From Aquifex aeolicus VF5 (GTDB taxonomy: Bacteria; Aquificota; Aquificia; Aquificales; Aquificaceae): a stretch of DNA of 32,000 nucleotides. Position numbers and translations under genes: made by a program. The stretch spans positions 390,001 through 422,000 of the forward strand of contig NC_000918.1 in the NCBI RefSeq assembly GCF_000008625.1, written 5' to 3'. The notes under the pieces were generated by a model. The model searched no databases and was not told the origin of the DNA. It worked only from the letters and a program-made list of their open reading frames with translations. This document shows positions 25,436 to 32,000 of the stretch, one piece after another (position 1 is the first letter of the stretch; each line of letters starts with the position of its first letter).

Positions 25436-26548
25436 CTACACATTAAACCTGAAATAAACAACATCGCCGTCCTGTATTTCGTAGTCCTTCCCTTCAAGTC
25501 TTATCAGTCCCTGTTCCTTTGCCTTTGCCCATGAACCCGCCTTTATAAGGTCCTCATAGCTTATAACTTCCGCGGCTATAAATCCCCTTTCCATATCGGA
25601 GTGTATTTTTCCCGCGGCTTGGGGTGCTTTGGTTCCTCTCTTTACGGTCCATGCTCTGGCTTCCCTCTCACCTGCGGTAAAGAAGGTTATAAGGTCAAGG
25701 AGTCTGTATCCCGTCCTTATGACTTTGTTGAGTCCCGGCTCCTTCAGTCCATAGGCTTCCAGCATTTCCTTTTGCTCTTCCTCGGAAAGACCTGCAAGCT
25801 GAGCTTCAAGCTCAGCACTAATTACAACGACTGGGGCATTTTCCTGGTTTGCCATCTCTTTTATTCTTTCCACGTGTGGATTTCCTTCACCTTCAGGGAG
25901 GTCCTTTTCCGAGATGTTTGCTATGTACATTACTGGTTTTACCGTGAGAAGGAAGAGGGTTTTTTTGGCGTATTCCAGGGTTTCAGGCGGTAATTTATCA
26001 GCGTATTTCCTGATAGGTTCTAAGTTTTCAAGGATTTCCTTCAGTGCGTTCAGATGCTCCATTTCTTCTCTGGCTTTTTTGTCTCCGCCCTTTGCGACCT
26101 TTTGCACCTTTTCAATTCTCCTGTTTACGCTTTCCAGATCCTTTGCGATAAGCTCTATTTCCACTATTTCCTTGTCCCTTACGGGGTCAACAGAACCTTC
26201 CACGTGGACTATGTTTTCGTCTTCAAAAGCCCTGAGAACCATGGCTACTGCGTCAACCTCTCTGATATGGGAGAGGAACTGGTTTCCGAGTCCTTCACCT
26301 TTACTCGCACCTTTAACGAGTCCCGCTATGTCCACAAATTCAATAAAGGTGGGAGTTATCTTCTGAGATTTTTCAATTTCCGCGAGTTTATACAATCTCT
26401 CGTCTGGAACTTCTACGACTCCCACGTTCGGTTCAATCGTACAAAAGGGATAGTTTGCCGCCTGAGCTTTCATGGTTTTAGTCAAGGCGTTAAAGAGGGT
26501 TGACTTTCCTACGTTCGGCAGTCCTACGATACCTAGCCTAAATCCCAT
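25436..26548 (-). CDS. ychF: Ribosome-binding ATPase YchF (Obg-family)
   Basis: GIVGLPNVGKSTLFNALT, FCTIEPN and DIAGLVKGAS, with a C-terminal TGS-like domain (GFIAAEVISYEDL). Confidence 0.95.
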   Translation of the reverse strand: MGFRLGIVGLPNVGKSTLFNALTKTMKAQAANYPFCTIEPNVGVVEVPDERLYKLAEIEKSQKITPTFIEFVDIAGLVKGASKGEGLGNQFLSHIREVDAVAMVLRAFEDENIVHVEGSVDPVRDKEIVEIELIAKDLESVNRRIEKVQKVAKGGDKKAREEMEHLNALKEILENLEPIRKYADKLPPETLEYAKKTLFLLTVKPVMYIANISEKDLPEGEGNPHVERIKEMANQENAPVVVISAELEAQLAGLSEEEQKEMLEAYGLKEPGLNKVIRTGYRLLDLITFFTAGEREARAWTVKRGTKAPQAAGKIHSDMERGFIAAEVISYEDLIKAGSWAKAKEQGLIRLEGKDYEIQDGDVVYFRFNV

Positions 26549-26607
26549 AAGAATATTAATATAGTCGTTAGAAAAAGCACAAATACAAGTAAATTTGGGG
26601 AAATTTT

Positions 26608-26835
26608 ATCACGATCCCTTACTGTTAGGGCGTAACGTATGCCTTATCGCTTATTAAGTATTATAAAGCAAAGTCGCAATCCCTTATTGTAAGGGCATAA
26701 CATTGATTGGGAAATTTTTTTAAATGCACAGAAAGAAATGTCGCAATCCCTTATTGTAAGGGCATAACATTGATTGGGAAATTTTTTTAAATGCACAGAA
26801 AGAAATGTCGCAATCCCTTATTGTAAGGGCATAAC
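26608..26835 (-). CRISPR. Short CRISPR-like array: 3 perfect 29-bp repeats plus 1 degenerate terminal repeat, and 3 spacers of which 2 are identical
   Basis: The repeat GTCGCAATCCCTTATTGTAAGGGCATAAC occurs at 26673-26701, 26740-26768 and 26807-26835. A degenerate copy (6/29 mismatches) lies at 26608-26636. Spacers are 26637-26672 (36 bp), and 26702-26739 which is identical to 26769-26806 (38 bp). The minus-strand reading GTTATGCCCTTACAATAAGGGATTGCGAC has a hairpin followed by an 8-nt ATTGCGAC tail. Confidence 0.7.
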
Positions 26836-27073
26836 CCTGCACGCTTGTGTATTAAAAATAACGTTCTATAAACAACTTATTAGGCATCCCATATTCATGA
26901 AATGAATGTTAATTTCCGCTAACCCGAGGTCCTGCAAACTTGAGTATACCTTTGTAAAATTTTTACCCTTGATTTTCAATCTGTCTAACTATATAACATC
27001 ATGATATTACTTCATCACGTCATCAAATCATCACTTATTAGACCAACTACCTCTATTCAATTGCCAAGGAGAC

Positions 27074-27100
27074 AAGTGGGCTCTCTTACAGAGCCCACTT
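27074..27100. repeat. Perfect 11-bp inverted repeat with a 5-nt loop (possible helicase terminator or leader element)
   Basis: AAGTGGGCTCT-cttac-AGAGCCCACTT lies 15 nt past the reconstructed helicase stop. No U-tract follows on either strand. Confidence 0.5.
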
Positions 27101-27114
27101 AATATTATATACCA

Positions 27115-28182
27115 TTATCTTTTTTTCCTTCTCTTTATCCTTTCTATCCTTTCAAGGCTTCTATTCTCTTCTGGAGCTACTAAATTTACTGCTACGCCGT
27201 CTCTACCCATCTTCCCGTTCTTCCTATTCTGTGAAGGTAAACTTCGGATCTTCCGGAAGGTGGAAGTTCACTACTGCTTCCACTTCGCTTATATCGAGCC
27301 CTCTGGAGGCTACATCGGTGGCAACGAGTACATTAATAAAACCTCTCCTGAACTTCTTAAGTATTTCTTCCCTTCTCCTTTGTGGAAGATCTCCGTGAAG
27401 AGCCCCAACTCTAAAACCTTTTGTGGATAACTTTTCTCCTAAAAACTTGGCATCCCTTTTCCTGTTTACGAAAACTATAACTTTGTTGAAGTCCCTTAAA
27501 ACGTCTTCAAGTAATTCTATTTTTTCCCTTATTGAGTAAACCCTGAGGAGTCTCTCTTCAATTTGAGGTTCCAGTTCTCTGCTTTCCACTTTTATAAACT
27601 CGGGTTTTTTTGTGTACCTGTGGGACAACTCCCTCACTTCTTTCGGGAAAGTGGCAGATACGAAGAATACCTGTTTTTCTTCGGGAAGTTGAGAATAAAT
27701 AAAGTCAATATCTTCCTTGAAGTTCATATCGAGCATTACGTCAACTTCATCGAGGACAAAGTACCTGACGTCATCTGTCTTAAGTGCTCCTCTCTCTATG
27801 AGGTCTTTAATCCTTCCGGGTGTTCCGATAACTACGTCTACTTTTCCACCTCTGAGTACTTTAAGGTCTCCGAAAACCTTCGTTCCGCCGTAAAAAGCAA
27901 ATGTTCTGACGTTCAGATACCTTGCAAAATCCCTGAAGTTGTCCCTTATTTGGAGGGCGAGTTCTCTGGTAGGCGCAAGTATAAGAGCCTTTTCGCCTTC
28001 TTTAAGGGAATTCAGTATCGGAAGTCCAAAAGCTGCCGTCTTTCCCGTCCCCGTTTTTGCCTGAATTAAGCAATCCCTTCCTTGAAGAGCTACGGGAATG
28101 GTCATTTCTCGTACAGGTGTAGGTTCGTGAAAACCTATTTCTTTTAAAGCCTTTTGGATTTCAGGTTGAGTTGTGAAAACAT
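27115..28182 (-). pseudogene. DEAD-box (DEVD) ATP-dependent RNA helicase, frame-disrupted at 3 or more sites. The longest intact piece is ORF 27224-28105.
   Basis: The intact piece carries AKTGTGKT, PTRELA, TPGR, VLDEVD, SAT, HGDLPQRRR and VATDVASRGLDI. Motif VI (YLHRIGRTGR) and the tail (MGRDGVAVNLVAPEENRSLERIERIKRRKKR) lie in two other frames downstream. The N-terminus MFSQLNLK (ATG 28182) is in a different frame from PEIQKALKEIGFHEPTPVRE. The Q-motif Gln reads Arg. Confidence 0.8.
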
Positions 28183-28203
28183 AATCCTCTTCTATTTTTG
28201 GGG

Positions 28204-28228
28204 AAGGAAAGACTTTTTATCTTTCCTT
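28204..28228. repeat. 9-bp perfect inverted repeat with a 7-nt loop in a divergent intergenic region (possible operator or 5' structure)
   Basis: AAGGAAAGA-cttttta-TCTTTCCTT lies between the helicase 5' end (28182) and the thioredoxin-like gene start (28285). Confidence 0.4.
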
Positions 28229-28284
28229 AAACCCAGTTTAGTAATTTAACCGAAATTTCAACAAAAAGCATCTAAATTTTTAGT

Positions 28285-28636
28285 ATGAAAGAATACTTTT
28301 AGTCTTAGCCGTAGCGATTATCTCTTTACTGGCTGGAAGACTTATCAAGAGACTCCTCGAAAAGAGAATGGAAGGGAAGGAAGTTGAAGGAATTGAGGAT
28401 GGTGTGCTTTACTTTTACTCGCCAAATTGCGGTGTGTGCAAGGCTATAAGCGGGAAGTTAAAAAACTTAAGAGTAAAGTAAACATAATTGAGATAAACGT
28501 CGAGGAAAATAAAGAACTTGTGAAAAAATACGGCGTTCTCGGAGTTCCCGCTTTCTTGATCGTGGAAAAAGGTAAAGTAAAGAAAGCTTTTTTAGGAACA
28601 AAAGGTTTAGAGTATCTTAAAAAAGGAGGTAAGTAA
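28285..28636 (+). pseudogene. Membrane-anchored thioredoxin-fold protein (CGVC active site), frame-disrupted at 2 sites
   Basis: ATG 28285 gives MKEYF then a stop. The next frame reads ILLVLAVAIISLLAGRLIKRLLEKRMEGKEVEGIEDGVLYFYSPNCGVCKAIS and stops at 28479. The third frame (ORF track 28427-28636) reads REVKKLKSKVNIIEINVEENKELVKKYGVLGVPAFLIVEKGKV, which includes the cis-Pro motif. Confidence 0.65.
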
Positions 28637-28638
28637 CT

Positions 28639-29037
28639 ATGAAAAAGGCTTTATTCTTGGTAGGACTTGTGTTCACGGCGGGAGTTATTTCTTCCTGCGG
28701 TGGAGTTTCTTCCCAGAGAACTTATGAAGGTGCCGCGGTAGGTGCTGCTGTAGGTGCAGCTGCGGGAGTGCTACTCGACAAGGAAAACAGGTGGCGTGGT
28801 GGAGTGATCGGAGCGGCACTGGGAGCAATCCTCGGAGGAACGATTACGGAAATAGCCCAGAGAGCTGCAAAGGAAGCGGCTCAAAACAATAAACCAGTAG
28901 TTTACAGGGCTGAAGACGGTTCTCAAATGGTCAGAGCCGAACCTGTAGAAAAAAGAGGAAATTGTACACTCGTAAAAACTAAGTACTACCAAAATGGAAA
29001 ACTCGTAAAGGTTGAAGAGAAGGAAGTTTGTGAGTAA
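28639..29037 (+). CDS. Lipoprotein with a glycine-zipper segment
   Basis: Lipobox LVFTAGVISSC after a signal peptide. Gly/Ala zipper GAAVGAAVGAAAGVLL...GGVIGAALGAILGG. Confidence 0.75.
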   Translation: MKKALFLVGLVFTAGVISSCGGVSSQRTYEGAAVGAAVGAAAGVLLDKENRWRGGVIGAALGAILGGTITEIAQRAAKEAAQNNKPVVYRAEDGSQMVRAEPVEKRGNCTLVKTKYYQNGKLVKVEEKEVCE

Positions 29038-29070
29038 TTTCTCTTCTCTTTCCTTTATAATTCTGTAAGT

Positions 29071-29574
29071 ATGAGACTGAAGAAATTACCGATAAGAAGA
29101 AAAATGCCCATGGAACTCGCTTACATTGAGAAGCTCTTCCGTGAAGAGGTGGGGCTAGACATTAAAGAACACAAAGACAAAGCTGAACAAATATCCGAAA
29201 CTGTGGTTGAAATATACGAAGAACTTCTCAGGAAAGGCATAGAAAACGCAAACTACAACGGAAGGGATTACGTCTCTTACTACGACCTTCCCATAACCGA
29301 AGATCTCGAACGCTACATGAACAGATTTATACAGGACAGGGGAGAGGAAGTATTAAAGGCTTTCGTTGATTATCTGGCAAAGCTTGAAGAGGAACTCTTA
29401 AAAGCGGAAGAAGCTCTCCCGCCACTTGACGAAGAACTCCACCAAAAGAAGGCGGATATCCTCGGCGGTATCATGCTTATGTTTGCAAGTGTGGCTAAAC
29501 AAATAAACGGAGACAGAAAACTCTACGCGGAAAGCATACCCGTAACGAGAGAAGTCCTGAGGACGATGATTTAA
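29071..29574 (+). CDS. DUF1931-like protein (single-chain double histone fold family, as recalled from Aquifex Aq_328)
   Basis: 167 aa. IEKLFREEVGLDIKEHKDKAEQI...NGRDYVSYYDLPITEDLERYMNRF...LPPLDEEL...ILGGIMLMFASVAKQI resembles my recollection of the Aq_328 family. The true start may be the internal Met 12 or 14. Confidence 0.5.
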   Translation: MRLKKLPIRRKMPMELAYIEKLFREEVGLDIKEHKDKAEQISETVVEIYEELLRKGIENANYNGRDYVSYYDLPITEDLERYMNRFIQDRGEEVLKAFVDYLAKLEEELLKAEEALPPLDEELHQKKADILGGIMLMFASVAKQINGDRKLYAESIPVTREVLRTMI

Positions 29575-29584
29575 AATTAAGTTT

Positions 29585-30088
29585 ATGAGAAAAGTACTCA
29601 TCTTCTTAGAAGAACTCGTTGAAGACGTTGAGTTTATATACCCGTACCTCAGGTTTAAGGAGGAGGGGTTTGAAGTAGTATCCGCTGCCCCGAAGCTCGG
29701 AGAGTATAAAGGCAAAAAGGGAATGACTTTCAGACCAGATAAGACCATAAAAGACGTTTACCACCAGGAATTTGACTGCGTATTTATACCGGGGGGATAC
29801 GCTCCCGACAGACTGAGGAGGTATCCCGAAGTTCTACACATAGTTAAAAAACACTACGACAGCGGAAAGCTCGTTTGTGCGGTTTGCCACGGTCCGTGGG
29901 TTCTTATCTCCGCAAAAGTTGTTAAGGGAAAAAAGGTAACGGGATTTTTCGCAATAAAAGATGACCTTATAAACGCAGGTGCGAATTACACGGGGAAACC
30001 CGTGGAAGTTGACGGCAACCTTATTACCGCAACCGATCCCAAGTCCATGCTTGAGATGATGAAGGTGATTATATCGAGGCTAAAGTAA
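29585..30088 (+). CDS. DJ-1/PfpI-family protein (intracellular protease/deglycase type)
   Basis: 167 aa with DCVFIPGGYAPD and the nucleophile elbow AVCHGPWVLISA. Confidence 0.88.
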   Translation: MRKVLIFLEELVEDVEFIYPYLRFKEEGFEVVSAAPKLGEYKGKKGMTFRPDKTIKDVYHQEFDCVFIPGGYAPDRLRRYPEVLHIVKKHYDSGKLVCAVCHGPWVLISAKVVKGKKVTGFFAIKDDLINAGANYTGKPVEVDGNLITATDPKSMLEMMKVIISRLK

Positions 30089-30924
30089 TGAAGAAATTTT
30101 TAATAATCCTCTTATCCTTCGTTCTTTTCGTATTCCCTGAGGATCTTATTCTCGTGAGCATTTATCCCTTTTACGACGTTGTAAAAGACATAAGCGGGAA
30201 GTATTACAGAGTTGAGAGTTTAGTTCCTCCGAAAGCGGATTACCACGTTTACGAATTGACACCAAGAGAACTCATAAAACTCTACAGGGCAAAAGTCGTT
30301 TTCGTTAGCGGTGTTCCCTTAGGAGAGTGGGAAGAGAAGGTGGAGAAAATAGCCAAGGGCAAAGTTTACTCCCTGTCAAAAGGCATAGAGCTAATCACCT
30401 ACGGACACGAAGAATTAGGGAAGGATCCTCATTTCTGGGTATCTCCAAAAAGAATGCTAAAAGTGGCTAAAAACGTAGAAGAAGCCCTCACGGAAACCTT
30501 TAAAAAGAACTTTTCTGAAAATTACAAAAACGTTGAGCAAGAGCTGAAAAAACTGGATGAAGCTTACACGAAAACGCTTTCCAAGTGCGAGTATAAAAAG
30601 TTCGGAGCAGTTCACGGAGCCTTCGGATACCTTGCGAAAGACTACGGACTTGAACAGGTACTCCTCAGGGAGGAGCACGGACACGGTGATATATCTCCAT
30701 CTGAACTGAAAAAACTTGTAAAACTCATAAAGAAAAAGGAAATAAAGGTAGTTTTAATTCCTAAAGGTGTGCACTCAAAGTTTGCAGAAATATTGAAGGA
30801 AACGTACAACATCACCGTTTACGAGGTAAACGTTAAGATAATCCCGGAAGAGGAGGGAGATAATTATTACAAAATTATGGAAAGGAACTTAAAAGTTTTA
30901 AAAGAAGCTCTCAAATGCGGGTAA
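30088..30924 (+). CDS. Metal (Zn/Mn) ABC transporter substrate-binding protein, cluster A-I (ZnuA/MntC/TroA type)
   Basis: Signal peptide, then ADYHVYELTP, KDPHFWVSP and HGAFGYLAKDYG metal-ligand segments. Confidence 0.85.
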   Translation: MKKFLIILLSFVLFVFPEDLILVSIYPFYDVVKDISGKYYRVESLVPPKADYHVYELTPRELIKLYRAKVVFVSGVPLGEWEEKVEKIAKGKVYSLSKGIELITYGHEELGKDPHFWVSPKRMLKVAKNVEEALTETFKKNFSENYKNVEQELKKLDEAYTKTLSKCEYKKFGAVHGAFGYLAKDYGLEQVLLREEHGHGDISPSELKKLVKLIKKKEIKVVLIPKGVHSKFAEILKETYNITVYEVNVKIIPEEEGDNYYKIMERNLKVLKEALKCG

Positions 30925-31613
30925 TAGAAGTAAAAAATCTTACCTTTTCATACGACGGTAAACACAACGTCCTTGAAGACGTTTCTTTTTACGTAGAAAA
31001 GGGAGACTTTTTGGGGATAGTTGGCCCAAACGGAGCGGGGAAATCCACACTTCTGAAATTGATTCTCGGCTTTTTAAAGCCAAAATCTGGAGAGATATAC
31101 CTCTTCGGAAAGAAAATAGAAGAATTCAAAGACTGGAAAAGGGTGGGATACGTTCCCCAGAGACTTAGCGTGGAACACGCTTTTCCCGGAACTGTGAAGG
31201 AGCTCCTAAGCAGCGTATGCGAAGACAAGAAGGAAATAGATTACCTTGTTGAGTTTTTAAAGTTAAAGAATATAGTTAACAAGCAATTTACAAAGCTCTC
31301 GGGAGGACAGCAACAGAGGGTTTTACTTGCTATGGCTCTTTCCTACAATCCTGAACTTATACTCCTCGACGAGCCAACTGTAGGACTTGACGTACACGCA
31401 ATAAACCACTTCATGAGTATTCTACTGGATCTCAATATGAACCATAAAAAGAGTATAGTGATGATTTCCCACGATATAGGAACACTCCTCAAACACGCGA
31501 GTAAAATACTGTGTCTGAATAAAAAGGTATGCTACTTCGGAGAACCTGAGGGGGCAATAGAGTACATAGAGGAAGCCTTCGGGCTGAGGGGTTTTCTCCA
31601 TGGAGTTTCTTAG
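30915..31613 (+). CDS. Metal ABC transporter ATP-binding protein
   Basis: Walker A GPNGAGKST, signature LSGGQQQR, Walker B LILLDEPTVGLD. It overlaps the substrate-binding gene by 10 nt. Confidence 0.9.
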   Translation: MRVIEVKNLTFSYDGKHNVLEDVSFYVEKGDFLGIVGPNGAGKSTLLKLILGFLKPKSGEIYLFGKKIEEFKDWKRVGYVPQRLSVEHAFPGTVKELLSSVCEDKKEIDYLVEFLKLKNIVNKQFTKLSGGQQQRVLLAMALSYNPELILLDEPTVGLDVHAINHFMSILLDLNMNHKKSIVMISHDIGTLLKHASKILCLNKKVCYFGEPEGAIEYIEEAFGLRGFLHGVS

Positions 31614-32000
31614 TTACGACTTCGTCCAGAGGGACTTATTGCCGGAATACTCATAGGTGTATCCACTGCATTGACAGGAGTCTTTTTAATCTTGAGAAGG
31701 TACGCATTTCTGGGAGCGGGTCTCTCTCACGCTGCCTTCGGAGGCATAGCCCTCAGTTTCTTGCTGGGAACCGACGTATACTTAACTACCGTTATCTTTA
31801 CTATTCTGGTTGCGAACTTCGTCCAGTTTCTGACTCAAACAAAGAAAGTTCCCGGTGACACCGCAATTGCAGTTATTTTCTCAAGCGGTATGGCGCTCGC
31901 CGTAACCATTCTGGGAATTGTCAGGGGATTCGGTGAAAACCTCTTTTCGTACCTTTTCGGAAACATACTCATGGTTACGAAGGAAGAACTCTTCTACACG
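31600..32000 (+). CDS. Metal ABC transporter permease (ZnuB/MntB type). It is partial at the right edge, with an apparent frame break at the GGG run 31631-31633.
   Basis: ATG 31600 gives MEFLSYDFVQRDLLPEYS then a stop (31654). The adjacent frame reads (G)LIAGILIGVSTALTGVFLILRRYAFLGAGLSHAAFGGIAL... and stays open to 32000, but has no start codon of its own. The joined sequence FVQRGLIAGILIGV matches the canonical permease N-terminus. Confidence 0.75.

Noticed and set aside
25601-26503. Three overlapping plus-strand ORFs (130-150 aa)
   Set aside because: All are antisense shadows of ychF. They are Phe/Ser/Leu-rich and overlap each other in different frames.
26591-26835. Alternative reading of the array as a non-CRISPR tandem repeat, prompted by TTGGGGAAATTTT (26595-26607) resembling TTGGGAAATTTTTT inside the duplicated spacer
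   Set aside because: The similarity is only about 13 nt of AT-rich sequence. The 29-bp unit has the length, hairpin, 8-nt tail and degenerate terminal copy expected of a CRISPR repeat, and the first spacer is unrelated to the other two. I keep it as a caveat rather than a call.
27563-28069. 168-aa plus-strand ORF
   Set aside because: It is antisense to the helicase core, which carries motifs I through V. It has no recognisable motif.
1-32000. Mobile elements, prophage or integrated island, suggested by the pseudogene cluster and low-GC stretch
   Set aside because: I recognised no transposase, integrase, recombinase or phage structural gene in any frame. I also saw no terminal inverted repeats or tRNA-flanked direct repeats.

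Overview
This is a gene-dense (about 90% coding) bacterial chromosome segment with genes on both strands and many 4-26 nt gene overlaps. From memory, the NuoE/NuoF and sigma-54 sequences look like Aquifex aeolicus or a close Aquificaceae relative; I cannot verify this without a search. I support about 35 protein genes. Most are scattered housekeeping functions: nuoEF, def, trpE, mtaD-like, manC, sdhA/frdA, purB, rpoN, lpxA, glmU, thrC, ychF and a Zn/Mn-type ABC importer. There is also one tRNA(CAT) and one short CRISPR-like array. I saw no rRNA, transposase, integrase or phage genes. Points worth a second look: (1) An orphan CRISPR-like mini-array at 26608-26835 has two identical spacers and no cas genes in the window. 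(2) Directly beside it, a DEAD-box helicase gene is broken by at least 3 frame breaks and a thioredoxin-like gene by 2. (3) Three more apparent frame breaks occur elsewhere, in the PilO-like gene, at the receiver/MBL-like junction and in the ABC permease. Seven of the 8 breaks would be repaired by adding one base, often in a short homopolymer, so sequence error must be excluded before calling any of them biology. (4) An isolated PilO-like plus secretin pair has an AT-rich (about 27% GC) 5' two-thirds. (5) A Hanks-type kinase and PP2C phosphatase pair sits immediately upstream of nuoEF on the same strand. (6) A three-gene module next to rpoN encodes a small helical protein, a pseudo-receiver lacking the acceptor Asp, and a degenerate flavodiiron-like metallo-beta-lactamase (MBL) domain. 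All functional calls rest on motif recognition by eye, with no database search.
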